Shown: piece by piece, positions 19,381-28,315 of the stretch
How the letters are laid out: each line of letters starts with the position of its first letter
How positions within the stretch are numbered: the first letter of the stretch is position 1
Origin: a virus
Lineage: Duplodnaviria > Caudoviricetes
Direction: 5' to 3' (one strand)
IMG/VR virus record: IMGVR_UViG_3300042009_000023
Span: 25,357 to 89,356 of that record
Length of the DNA stretch: 64,000 nucleotides
The notes under the pieces: generated by a model
The model's database searches: none
Seen by the model: only the letters and a program-made list of their open reading frames with translations
What the model was told of the DNA's origin: nothing
Made by a program: the position numbers and the translations under genes

Positions 19381-20676
19381 ATGACAAATTTAATTGAAAC
19401 TCCGCTGTATGAGCCGGGTATCTTCCAGATAGAGACGACCACTCCAGTGAATGGTGGACAACCTGCTATTGTTGATGGAAGTCCTGTAGCTGGGCATTCT
19501 AATGCTCAAGCTTTGCAGTTGGCTAATCGTACGGGTTATTTGAAGGAACAAGTTGATGGATTGGCTGTAGAAGTGAGTTCAAAGAGGTTTGAAGGTACGG
19601 CATCTGATGATTCTGGTACACCTGATGCAGTTTTCAAAGTTGTAAGAACTCACAGTCTCGCCACATCTCCTCATGGGTTTAGAGATCAAACCACCTTTAA
19701 TCCGTCAGCGCCTGCTGTGGCAGCAGCCTGCTTTGATGCTGCACTGGAATCTATCGGGTCTCAGAATATTGACCACACTATTGGATTTCAAGCGAGACTG
19801 ACACACTCAGGTTCCGGTACAATTACAAACCTGTATGGTGGTGGGTCTTTCAACATCATAAATGGTCCTGTTTCGAACGCTTACGCATACTACGCACAAG
19901 ATCGTGCGAATGTGGCCGTAGGTCTTATGAACGGAGCCTATTTCCGTCCAGCAATCTTTGCCAACGTCACAAATGCGTATGGGTTTGTGCATGCGCCAGC
20001 TATTAACTCTGGAACCGTCACAAACAGTATTGGTTTCAGGGTAGAGACGGCTGACGGGGCAGGTTCTCTTACAAATGAATATGGCCTTTATATTAAGGCG
20101 CTTACCAAGGGGACAAACAAGCATCCGCTTTATATTGAGACTACTTCAGGCGATAATTACATTGGGACTAAGACCCAACACGATGCCTTGTTTCAAGTTG
20201 GTGGTAGCGCTAGACTCTCCGTAGGTGGTGCTACAGGCTCTGCCTTCCCACAAATAACCTATAACTATGATCCCGTTCTTAATCAGTACATTGCCACTAC
20301 GGAAGCTTCCGGTTTCTTGTGGTCAGGGACGAACTTTTCTTTTCGCCACGCCTTATCTGGTACAGCCGGAACTACTCCGACGTTCTCTACACTTCTAAAC
20401 ATCAGAACAACGAACGATGCAAACTACAAAGCTGTTTTTGCTGGAGCAGATAATGCCCAACAGCTTGGGTTGTCAACAGTAAGATGGGCTCAGACATATT
20501 CTAGAGAATTTAGACCGGGGAGCGGTGCCCCAATTTGGACATCCGGTGTAGGTACACCGGAAGGTGTAGTAACGGCGCCGATAGGGTCTATGTTCACGAG
20601 AACAGATGGTGGTGCAAACACAACTCTCTACGTCAAAGAGTCTGGCGCTAGTAATACGGGGTGGGTTGCTAAGTGA
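19381..20676 (+). CDS. Tail fiber/receptor-binding protein 1
   Basis: N-terminal anchor SNAQALQLANRTGYLK; C-terminal GTPEGVVTAPIGSMFTRTDGG...LYVKESG...GW motif. Confidence 0.75.
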   Translation: MTNLIETPLYEPGIFQIETTTPVNGGQPAIVDGSPVAGHSNAQALQLANRTGYLKEQVDGLAVEVSSKRFEGTASDDSGTPDAVFKVVRTHSLATSPHGFRDQTTFNPSAPAVAAACFDAALESIGSQNIDHTIGFQARLTHSGSGTITNLYGGGSFNIINGPVSNAYAYYAQDRANVAVGLMNGAYFRPAIFANVTNAYGFVHAPAINSGTVTNSIGFRVETADGAGSLTNEYGLYIKALTKGTNKHPLYIETTSGDNYIGTKTQHDALFQVGGSARLSVGGATGSAFPQITYNYDPVLNQYIATTEASGFLWSGTNFSFRHALSGTAGTTPTFSTLLNIRTTNDANYKAVFAGADNAQQLGLSTVRWAQTYSREFRPGSGAPIWTSGVGTPEGVVTAPIGSMFTRTDGGANTTLYVKESGASNTGWVAK

Positions 20677-20710
20677 CCGACTACTTAAAAGAATTTAAGG
20701 AATAAAAATA

Positions 20711-22750
20711 ATGGCCTCAGAATTATCCCCGTTCGTAGAAGCAAACTACGGCTGGCCTTTTGGTAGTAGCGGCTGGAATTTGGATATGGATCAGAACTTG
20801 GTTAAGTTCTCCTATCTCCATGACCGTAACATCGATGCTATCGTTTCAAGCCTCCCAGCTATTGCAGATGGTACAGCTTATTTTAATACTGCTGATAACC
20901 GTCTTTACTTTGATGCTGAAGGTGTAAGGTATTCGTCTCCGACTCCCAAGTGGTTCATTGTTACTTTGAGGAGTACAGGGACTCCTTATCAGTTTGATGG
21001 TACAAACCTCACGACCACTATTGTTGATATGGTATCTTCTGTTGCGGGCCAGTCTGGTGTAGTTACTCTGACTAAATCAGATGTTGGCCTAAGTAACGTA
21101 GATAACACAAGTGATATCAACAAGCCTGTGAGCACAGCTCAACAGACAGCACTAAACCTGAAGACGAATATCTCAGATTTGGCTGATTCCTCAGACTCAC
21201 TAAAGGGTAATGGGTTGGTTGGATTCCTCCCAGCAGGTACAGGTGCCGTTGGGCGTACTGCCTTGTCTAAGAGCAGGGAGCGCGTCACAGTCTTTGATTT
21301 CATGTCTGCATCGATGATTGCGGATAGCCAAACCGGCACACCAACTCTAGACCACATGCCTGCATTCCTCCTTGCCCGTACATATGCATTGGCCGTTGGA
21401 GCTAAATTAATTGTCCCGACCGGGTACTACCGTTGGGATGGTTCAACTACTTTTGAAGTAGATCTGGGTAAGTTTAGTTTCGAGGGCGAGGGTAAAGTAA
21501 CTATCGATTGTACCAACTTCACTGGCACTAACGCGATTCAAGTGTACTCTTCCTTAACCTATCCAAGTGCAGCTTATTACAATGATATTCACCGCTTCTC
21601 TGGTATGTTCTTCAAAGGGGCACTGGTGTCAGGTCGGCATGGAATGCTCACTGGTCATGCCACCAACGGCTACAATGGACAATGTTCAATCTGGAACGTG
21701 ACGTTCGCAAAGTTTGATCGTAACCTGCACTGCACCACCAACAGTTGGCGCTATTCATTTTGGAACTGTAACTTTACTGACGCACTGACTAGGATTTGGC
21801 ATGTCCCTGCTGGCTTAGCTAACTCCGGAGAAGTGTTTGATTTCTACCACTGCCAACTGTTTGATGGTGCTGGTGATATAGAAATTGCGTGCAACTCATT
21901 CACAGTTAACTTCCACGGGTGTTCAATTCTAAACACTATCCTACTTATTAGTGGGCAAGGGGTTAAGGTTGATTTCTTTGGCGGTAATTTGGAGAATCCG
22001 GGTGCCGGAGCTTTCTACGAATATATCAATATCACTGGAAATACTTGTCACGTAATTCTTCACGGGACCACTATCCCAATGAATCAGGCAACACTGTTCA
22101 CCGACTGTCCATTCAAAGTTGCAGCTAATAGTGTGCTTGACTTCATCGGTGTGAGATTTCCTGATGGAAGCTTCGCTTTTGATACCTCGGGTGGGTCCTT
22201 CAGCTTCTGTTCGGGGGCTGGTGTTGTAAGGGCTACTGATTGCTCTTTCCAACCACTCTCAGGTGGCAACAAGCCAAACTTAGGTTTCCCTGCACAGCAA
22301 CTTGCTAACGGTGATTTTGAAACTGGCACTACTGCTGGGTGGACTACAACTACTACAGGAGGTGGTGGTACAGCCACGGTTAATGCTGGTGCGGCTCAAA
22401 GTGGCAGTTTTGGTCTGCACTTGGTTGCAAACGCAGCATCAAGCGGAATCACTTTAGCACAGACTTATCCAGTGAGCGCTGGTCAGATGTGCATGTTTGG
22501 GGCTGCTGTTAAATGCGATGTTGTTGCAACATCAGGTAATGCTTTACAGTTTTCCTTCACTTTTAAAGATTTAGTTGGGACCACCTTGCTTTCTGGGGCT
22601 AGTAACGTAACTGGTTTGACTTCCTACATCACCATAGGTAAATCTTTGACTAGGTATGCCCCGAGAGGCACTGCAACTGTTACTGTCCAAGTAACTGCAT
22701 CCAACGGAGCTGACGTTTCGGTAGACAATGTAATTTTCAATACCCTATAA
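20711..22750 (+). CDS. Tailspike/putative polysaccharide depolymerase (beta-helix plus C-terminal carbohydrate-binding module)
   Basis: N-terminal YGWPFGSSGW..DMDQNL, VTLTKSDVGLSNVDNTSD repeat, GTGAVGRT...RERVTVFDF linker, Cys/Asn-rich beta-helix, and NGDFETG...GW CBM4/9-like end. Confidence 0.75.
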   Translation: MASELSPFVEANYGWPFGSSGWNLDMDQNLVKFSYLHDRNIDAIVSSLPAIADGTAYFNTADNRLYFDAEGVRYSSPTPKWFIVTLRSTGTPYQFDGTNLTTTIVDMVSSVAGQSGVVTLTKSDVGLSNVDNTSDINKPVSTAQQTALNLKTNISDLADSSDSLKGNGLVGFLPAGTGAVGRTALSKSRERVTVFDFMSASMIADSQTGTPTLDHMPAFLLARTYALAVGAKLIVPTGYYRWDGSTTFEVDLGKFSFEGEGKVTIDCTNFTGTNAIQVYSSLTYPSAAYYNDIHRFSGMFFKGALVSGRHGMLTGHATNGYNGQCSIWNVTFAKFDRNLHCTTNSWRYSFWNCNFTDALTRIWHVPAGLANSGEVFDFYHCQLFDGAGDIEIACNSFTVNFHGCSILNTILLISGQGVKVDFFGGNLENPGAGAFYEYINITGNTCHVILHGTTIPMNQATLFTDCPFKVAANSVLDFIGVRFPDGSFAFDTSGGSFSFCSGAGVVRATDCSFQPLSGGNKPNLGFPAQQLANGDFETGTTAGWTTTTTGGGGTATVNAGAAQSGSFGLHLVANAASSGITLAQTYPVSAGQMCMFGAAVKCDVVATSGNALQFSFTFKDLVGTTLLSGASNVTGLTSYITIGKSLTRYAPRGTATVTVQVTASNGADVSVDNVIFNTL

Positions 22751-22763
22751 GGTGGCCATTTAA

Positions 22764-23882
22764 ATGTCCGAGATTTCAAAACCTGACTACACATACCTGT
22801 GGTCCTCTGGGGGCTCTATCGTAGCCCCCAGTAATGTAAAAGTACAAACAGGGTGGACTGCTGAAGTCCCTCCTTTCCAATGGGAAAACTGGAGTCAGAA
22901 TCGTCAAGATACTGCCATTGCTCATATTCTTCAAAAGGGTGTGAGTGTTTGGTCATCCACTGGTGAGTATTACTTCACAACTTCTGGTGAACGTTCCTAT
23001 GTTCAAGGAAGTGATGGTAATATTTATGTAGCTGTAGCTGATAATGTTGGTCAAGATCCTACTACCGATTCTACAGATACTTATTGGAAGATTGCTTTCA
23101 TTGATCAAACTGCCCTCACTACTGCATTGAATGCCAATGGTCCTGTAGTGGCATCTATGCGTAACGACAGAATGTCTGTTCCTACAGCGGCTGCTACAGC
23201 TACCTTCACTGCTGATGAAGTGGTAGTTAAAAGTGCTTTGGGTGGGCTGGTTAAAACCCTTCCAAGTTTCTCTGCCTCTATCAACTTGGCAACCACTGGT
23301 GCTGGAGGCATGAACTCAGGTACTGCTCCTGTCAATGGTTTTGTAGCCTTGTACGCTATTTATAATCCTACAACTAGTACAGCAGCAATGTTGGCTGTAA
23401 ATGCTACTGCCCTTGCAGCAACATCTATTGCTAGTCCTTTGGCAATGCCTGCTGGCTATACAATGTCTGCCTTGGTTAGTACTTGGGCTACAGATGGTTC
23501 TAGCTTGTTTAAGGTAGGTTTTCAAGCTAATAGATTTGTTAGTATTCTTAGCACTACAGCCATCAGCACTACTACAGCGAATGCTTCATTCACATCCCTC
23601 AGTATCTCTAGTATTGTTCCTTTGAATGCTGTTGGTGTGAAATGTCGGGCTAACATTGCAGCCACCGATACTAACGTTACAGCAACAGCAGCTCTTGCAG
23701 GATCGAGTAGCGGTGTTGGTAGTTCAACTACACAGATTACTTCTAGCTCTGGTGGTAGTGGTATCACTGCTGAAATGGGGATTATTCCTATCATTACAGC
23801 ACAAACTATCTACTACCTAGATGTGGTGGGCTCTGGTACTGTTGCTGCATTTAGCATCACAGTTTCTGGTTATGAACTTTAA
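22764..23882 (+). CDS. Tail fiber protein 3
   Basis: N-terminal WSSGG...GWTAEVPPFQWENW anchor; SINLATTGAGGM..GTAP..GFVALYAIYNP domain seen in Pseudomonas-type prophage fibers. Confidence 0.75.
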   Translation: MSEISKPDYTYLWSSGGSIVAPSNVKVQTGWTAEVPPFQWENWSQNRQDTAIAHILQKGVSVWSSTGEYYFTTSGERSYVQGSDGNIYVAVADNVGQDPTTDSTDTYWKIAFIDQTALTTALNANGPVVASMRNDRMSVPTAAATATFTADEVVVKSALGGLVKTLPSFSASINLATTGAGGMNSGTAPVNGFVALYAIYNPTTSTAAMLAVNATALAATSIASPLAMPAGYTMSALVSTWATDGSSLFKVGFQANRFVSILSTTAISTTTANASFTSLSISSIVPLNAVGVKCRANIAATDTNVTATAALAGSSSGVGSSTTQITSSSGGSGITAEMGIIPIITAQTIYYLDVVGSGTVAAFSITVSGYEL

Positions 23883-23904
23883 GGAGGCTGGCTAAAGCCA
23901 TAAC

Positions 23905-24075
23905 ATGTCTAATATGAAAATTGTTCAATTCTCTAGTAGTGCTAAGACTAAGATTGTAGCTGTGTTTAGTTCCCCTCAAGATTCTGTTATCTATAGTCAT
24001 CTTGGGGAAGTTGAGGCTACAGATGCTCGTTATGTAACTTTCATGGCTAGTTTTCAGTCCTTTGTTGTTGTGTAG
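23905..24075 (+). CDS. Small tail fiber-associated protein (56 aa)
   Basis: Own translation: MSNMKIVQFSSSAKTKIVAVFSSPQD...DARY. AAGGAGG lies upstream. It fills the gap between fiber and lysin genes. Confidence 0.55.
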   Translation: MSNMKIVQFSSSAKTKIVAVFSSPQDSVIYSHLGEVEATDARYVTFMASFQSFVVV

Positions 24076-24085
24076 AGAATAAGTT

Positions 24086-24628
24086 ATGTCAGCCAACTCT
24101 AATTTGTATAAAAAGCTTCTTGGGGTTGGTCTGGGCACTGCGTTAGCCCTTTCTGGCTCCTTCCTTGTTATTCCACAAGAAGGTTCTGTCAAAAAGGGTG
24201 ACACTCATGTTACCTACATTGACGCTGTTGGTATTCCAACTTTATGTTATGGTCAAACTGGTAAAGATATTAAACTAGGTCGCACAGCCACTGAAGAAGA
24301 ATGTCTTAAAATGCTTTCTGAAGAACTTGTTAAAATTGATAAACAACTAGACAAGACTTTTAAAGTGCAATACCAGAATGACTATCAACATGCTGCTATG
24401 GTGAGCTTTGCTTACAATGTTGGAACTTATAATGTTCAGACATCAAGTCTTACAAAGCTATTCAATGAAGGTAAATACCAACAAGCCTGTAATCAATTAA
24501 GCAAGTGGGTGTATGCCAAAAAGAAATTGCTTAAAGGCTTGGTGACAAGACGTGAAGTAGAACGTCAATGGTGCCTTGGTAATCCACCTAAAGAAGTAAA
24601 GGAGATTGTGAATGAAAGTAATCAATGA
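24086..24628 (+). CDS. SAR endolysin, GH24 (lambda/T4-type lysozyme)
   Basis: Gly/Ala-rich N-terminal TM (LLGVGLGTALALSGSFLVI), catalytic E-x..D-x5-T (QEG...DAVGIPTLCYG), SFAYNVG, GLVTRR..E. Confidence 0.9.
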   Translation: MSANSNLYKKLLGVGLGTALALSGSFLVIPQEGSVKKGDTHVTYIDAVGIPTLCYGQTGKDIKLGRTATEEECLKMLSEELVKIDKQLDKTFKVQYQNDYQHAAMVSFAYNVGTYNVQTSSLTKLFNEGKYQQACNQLSKWVYAKKKLLKGLVTRREVERQWCLGNPPKEVKEIVNESNQ

Positions 24629-24833
24629 TTGGAAGAAACATCTAAAGTCCTACTCCTTTATTTCTCTTGCGGGAGTACTCCTAAGTGCAATCTCTGTTAC
24701 TGGACTGTCTGCACTTGGTGTTCTGGGTGCTGGGTTGTCTATGCCAGTGTTGGCTACCCTTGTAATCATCTTTGCTGTCTTGGGTGGAATTGGTAGGTTC
24801 ATTGACCAGACAGATGATAATATGGAGGGGTGA
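24612..24833 (+). CDS. Holin/pinholin, two TMDs
   Basis: 73 aa, two hydrophobic segments, basic N-terminus (NDWKKHLKSYS) and GRFIDQ C-terminus; overlaps the endolysin end. Confidence 0.7.
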   Translation: MKVINDWKKHLKSYSFISLAGVLLSAISVTGLSALGVLGAGLSMPVLATLVIIFAVLGGIGRFIDQTDDNMEG

Positions 24834-25273
24834 TGTTCAATAGCATAACGTTCTACATCATCCTTGGACTGTCCCTCTCTACCCTATCTTTTGGCTACCT
24901 TTCGTACTCCTTATCGAACGATAAAGCTGTGGCTGTATATGCACTCAAAGAAGCTCAGGAAACGATTGCAGAGAGGGAAAAGTCCCTCAACTTGAAGTAT
25001 TTGAGTTGTGAACAAGATGACAAAGACACAGCGGATGTGGAAGTAGACAAGAAAGCCTTAAAAGATAAAGTTGATGAGCTTACAGCTCAAATATCTAAAT
25101 TGAAATCTGGCATCAAACATCCAGTTTCACAAAATACAAATAATCCAGAGGCACCTAAAAATGCTGAAGCAAATACTATTTTGGTTGGGACTGAGCTTCT
25201 GTCTGATGACCTCAAGCGCATGCTCACAGAATCCTATTGTCTCGTCGAAACCACAGCTTGTGTATCCTCCTGA
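24830..25273 (+). CDS. Inner-membrane spanin (Rz-like)
   Basis: N-terminal TMD, coiled coil, C-terminal Cys; overlapped by a lipoprotein gene. Confidence 0.75.
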   Translation: MMFNSITFYIILGLSLSTLSFGYLSYSLSNDKAVAVYALKEAQETIAEREKSLNLKYLSCEQDDKDTADVEVDKKALKDKVDELTAQISKLKSGIKHPVSQNTNNPEAPKNAEANTILVGTELLSDDLKRMLTESYCLVETTACVSS

Positions 25274-25439
25274 TAGTTTAATGACAGACCCCTGCAAGGC
25301 TGTTCCTGCTGGTGAAAGTCTTATCGAACTTGCGGTTGCTTATAATCGGAATACTGGCTGTATTGGTCTTTACAAGAAGCAGATGCAAAAGCTTCGTGAT
25401 AACAAACGTGACAAGGAACTTCTTTATAATGTCAAATGA
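25161..25439 (+). CDS. Outer-membrane spanin lipoprotein (Rz1-like)
   Basis: Signal peptide ending TSSA-C, then Pro-rich VYPPDSLMTDPC; overlaps the i-spanin in another frame. Confidence 0.75.
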   Translation: MLKQILFWLGLSFCLMTSSACSQNPIVSSKPQLVYPPDSLMTDPCKAVPAGESLIELAVAYNRNTGCIGLYKKQMQKLRDNKRDKELLYNVK

Positions 25440-25740
25440 TGCCAATGCAAGAATTAATGCTGTTTGGGAGCGTGTTGCCCTCGGTCTACTAAGCTTCATT
25501 GTAGCTGGTTTGTTTGTCTTTTACCAAGGCATTCGCACAGACTACAAAGGGCTTGAAGAGAAAGTTCTTATCATGCAGACAACCAAAGTCTCCAAAGAAG
25601 ATCTTCGCGAGGTGGAAAACCGTCTTAATAATAAGATTGATGCTAGTATCTCAGACCTTATTGCAAGAAGCGCAGCAGACAAACAAGAAATCATTCGTAC
25701 CATTGAACTCTACTTTGTAGGTGTTAAAAACAAGCGGTAG
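25429..25740 (+). CDS. Single-TMD membrane protein with coiled coil
   Basis: Start placed at ATG 25429 (MSNDANARIN); TMD VALGLLSFIVAGLFVFY. Confidence 0.55.
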   Translation: MSNDANARINAVWERVALGLLSFIVAGLFVFYQGIRTDYKGLEEKVLIMQTTKVSKEDLREVENRLNNKIDASISDLIARSAADKQEIIRTIELYFVGVKNKR

Positions 25741-25753
25741 AGAGGGGCTCCCA

Positions 25754-26107
25754 ATGATATGGACGATACTTGAAAGGATTATTCACCTTCTAACTTTTGT
25801 CTTGTTAGTGCTAATGATGACTGTCATTCTAACTAATAGTAAAAGTGCAGAAGATGTTGGTAACTTCGGATTGAAGTTGGACATTGCAAAGCAAGAATCT
25901 TTGAATGCTATTAAGAACAATGTTGAATACTTTGAGAGAAGGATCAATGGTTTAGCAGAGAAACAAGATAGTTATCAAGTTGGGACAGATCAAAGAGTTT
26001 ACGTTCTTGAAATGAGAATGAAAGAGTTACAGGCTGATAAGAAGAACAGTCAGAAGATAATCAACAATAACAATTCTAATGCTGTTGTTTATCAGAAAGA
26101 ACAATAA
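25754..26107 (+). CDS. Single-TMD membrane protein with coiled coil
   Basis: ATG 25754 after GAGGGG; TMD IIHLLTFVLLVLMMTVIL. Confidence 0.55.
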   Translation: MIWTILERIIHLLTFVLLVLMMTVILTNSKSAEDVGNFGLKLDIAKQESLNAIKNNVEYFERRINGLAEKQDSYQVGTDQRVYVLEMRMKELQADKKNSQKIINNNNSNAVVYQKEQ

Positions 26108-26170
26108 TAAATCGAACTTCCATAGAAGACACATTGACTACGCCATTAGTCAAATCTCAGACACACCTTC

Positions 26171-26201
26171 AGCTCCCTTCCTTACGGTCGGGAGCTTTTT
26201 G
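26171..26201 (+). terminator. Terminator ending the late/lysis operon
   Basis: AGCTCCC-N12-GGGAGCT followed by TTTTG. Confidence 0.75.
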
Positions 26202-26312
26202 TTGCTTAAAATAAAGCAAAAGTAAAGGTCTTTCTATTTATAGGATTCAATTCTACAAGCCACGGTTTACGTGGCCTCCAGAGGTTCACTGTGGCAAGTA
26301 AGTCAACAGTAA

Positions 26313-27551
26313 TTAATTACCATCTAACCAATTGCACAATAACCTTTTCATCCTGTCACTCATAATACACAATGATACAGGTTCATCCTTACGGATACAA
26401 GTCCTGAATACCCACTGTACCAACTCAGATAGTGCAAAGCTGTCATCGTCAGGAGGTGTACCGTAGTCTTGCAGATAAGCTTTAATAGCTGTATTAACAT
26501 ACCGATTGTAAGCATGTACAGCTACTGTTTTGTGTGCCCAAATGTTAGTTGCTTTAGTACCACAATAGATCCAATCTAAATCTTTAGGTAAATTCTTGTG
26601 TAGGATGTGTCTTGTTACTCTTTCCTTCTTAATGTAATCGTAACAGGCTAACGGTTTAGGGGCAGTAAAGATAAAATCTTCTTTGCTATTATATTTTCTG
26701 TACAAAGAAAGTAAAGCATTCTTTATCTTTACTAAGTCTGCTACAGAAGCATTTTTAGCGTACCAAGTAGAAGACATAGACAACTTAGATACTGCTCTAC
26801 TAGATGGTGTATCAATAAAAGTGATTAAACTCTTAGCTCTATCCAATACATCCTTTGTATTCTTAACTAACTGAACTTCCGTGAACGGTACTACTTCCAT
26901 CCCCTTCAACTTCATAAAGGATTCCATCACACTACCTTTAAAAAGATAAGTAAGAAGAATAACACGTCTTGAAGACTGTACTAACTCGATTGGTAAGTGT
27001 ACAACCATAATTCGTCTATCCCGCTTGGCACAGTACAACATACCTAGATCAGACATCCTCTTTAGTTTGCTGTAGGCTGTATCTCCCATATCTTCATCAT
27101 TGTACCATTGCCAGATTACCCTACCAAGATCCTCTTCATCAATCCTAATATGGTTTGCCTTCTCTAGTGACAAGATATCGTCACGTTTGTAGTTACCAGT
27201 GTATGCTTCTATGAAGGCGACTTCTTCATCCACAATCAGAATGTATTCATGTTTCTTGATTAGTGCAAGGTGTTGCTTTGTTAGATCAGTGAATAGGGAA
27301 TGTGTAAAGGAAACGTTACAACCCTCTTGCAGCAGAGCAAGTAAATGTTGTCCTTTAGTTTTATATTCTTCCGTGCAAGGGTATACAAACTCAAGTGCTT
27401 GGCAAGCTGTAGGAATACGTTCTTCTACTTCTGTTAGCATTGGGCTAACGTATAAGTATTTGTTTTGAGGATTGTTCAGCATCCATTTAATAATCCCTTC
27501 GGTTTTACCCGCTGACATAATTGCATCTAGCAGTTCAATTTTAGTTGGCAC
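26313..27551 (-). CDS. SF2 (DEAD-like) helicase-related protein, possibly origin-binding
   Basis: Walker A DAIMSAGKT, YLYVSP, Walker B LIVDEE, motif III-like LLTYLF, motif VI-like QWVFRTCIR. Confidence 0.65.
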   Translation of the reverse strand: MPTKIELLDAIMSAGKTEGIIKWMLNNPQNKYLYVSPMLTEVEERIPTACQALEFVYPCTEEYKTKGQHLLALLQEGCNVSFTHSLFTDLTKQHLALIKKHEYILIVDEEVAFIEAYTGNYKRDDILSLEKANHIRIDEEDLGRVIWQWYNDEDMGDTAYSKLKRMSDLGMLYCAKRDRRIMVVHLPIELVQSSRRVILLTYLFKGSVMESFMKLKGMEVVPFTEVQLVKNTKDVLDRAKSLITFIDTPSSRAVSKLSMSSTWYAKNASVADLVKIKNALLSLYRKYNSKEDFIFTAPKPLACYDYIKKERVTRHILHKNLPKDLDWIYCGTKATNIWAHKTVAVHAYNRYVNTAIKAYLQDYGTPPDDDSFALSELVQWVFRTCIRKDEPVSLCIMSDRMKRLLCNWLDGN

Positions 27552-27555
27552 TTGT

Positions 27556-27774
27556 TCACTCCGTTCGTTTTTGAATACGCTCGAACAAAGTCTTCTCAGC
27601 CTGAGTATGCAACCCCTTCTTTACAACTTCTGCTGGAATCCCATCCTTTAAGGATTGTTCGATCTTCTTAGTCTGTGAGTCTAGGTAGTAGAAACCCCCG
27701 GTACAAATTGTTGCTAGGAGAAGCAAGCCAGCACAGGCATCAGTTAGTAGATACTTTTTCATAATCACCACCAC
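27556..27774 (-). CDS. Small membrane protein
   Basis: N-terminal hydrophobic segment; tightly packed in the operon. Confidence 0.5.
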   Translation of the reverse strand: MVVIMKKYLLTDACAGLLLLATICTGGFYYLDSQTKKIEQSLKDGIPAEVVKKGLHTQAEKTLFERIQKRTE

Positions 27775-28232
27775 AAATTAGTCCAATTTTTGAATGTGAG
27801 TTCAAGACCTTCCTGAACCTTTATTTTATGTGCATCCAGATCAGCATAGTATCGAAGCTTCTCTTCCTCATTATCACACTCTATTTTAAATGACTTGCCA
27901 TATTTTGGCTCGTATGACTTTGTAGTTTCATCCTCGTATGGAACAGTAGTCAGTTTAAAATTGTAGTCTCTTATATCAGGCTCGTTATTCTCAAAAGCAT
28001 ACATCATTTTCTTGATGTCGTCTAGCCAATCTTGTACGTCTGAATCTGTCACCCACTCAGATTCATCTTTCATGTATTCATTAGGGACTCCTAGACACCC
28101 TCCTTCTTTGTTACGTTTCTCCAATACTTCGTGGAACTTTGACAATCCTGCGTAGATGATTGGGGATAGGGTGTAGTCTAGGGAGTATGTGTCCCTGTAG
28201 GATGCGATCCATTTACCTTTTGTGTATCTCAT
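27765..28232 (-). CDS. Hypothetical protein
   Basis: 155 aa ORF after an AGGAG SD, downstream of a promoter. Confidence 0.6.
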   Translation of the reverse strand: MRYTKGKWIASYRDTYSLDYTLSPIIYAGLSKFHEVLEKRNKEGGCLGVPNEYMKDESEWVTDSDVQDWLDDIKKMMYAFENNEPDIRDYNFKLTTVPYEDETTKSYEPKYGKSFKIECDNEEEKLRYYADLDAHKIKVQEGLELTFKNWTNLWW

Positions 28233-28283
28233 TTAAATTCTCCTAAAAGAAAGCCCACCGACCATTTCTGATCTGATGGGCTA

Positions 28284-28311
28284 AGGATAGCAGATTATTT
28301 TATTGTGTCAA
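28284..28311 (-). promoter_or_regulatory. Sigma70-type promoter
   Basis: TTGACA-N16-TATCCT with TGn, on the minus strand. Confidence 0.55.
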
Positions 28312-28315
28312 GCAC

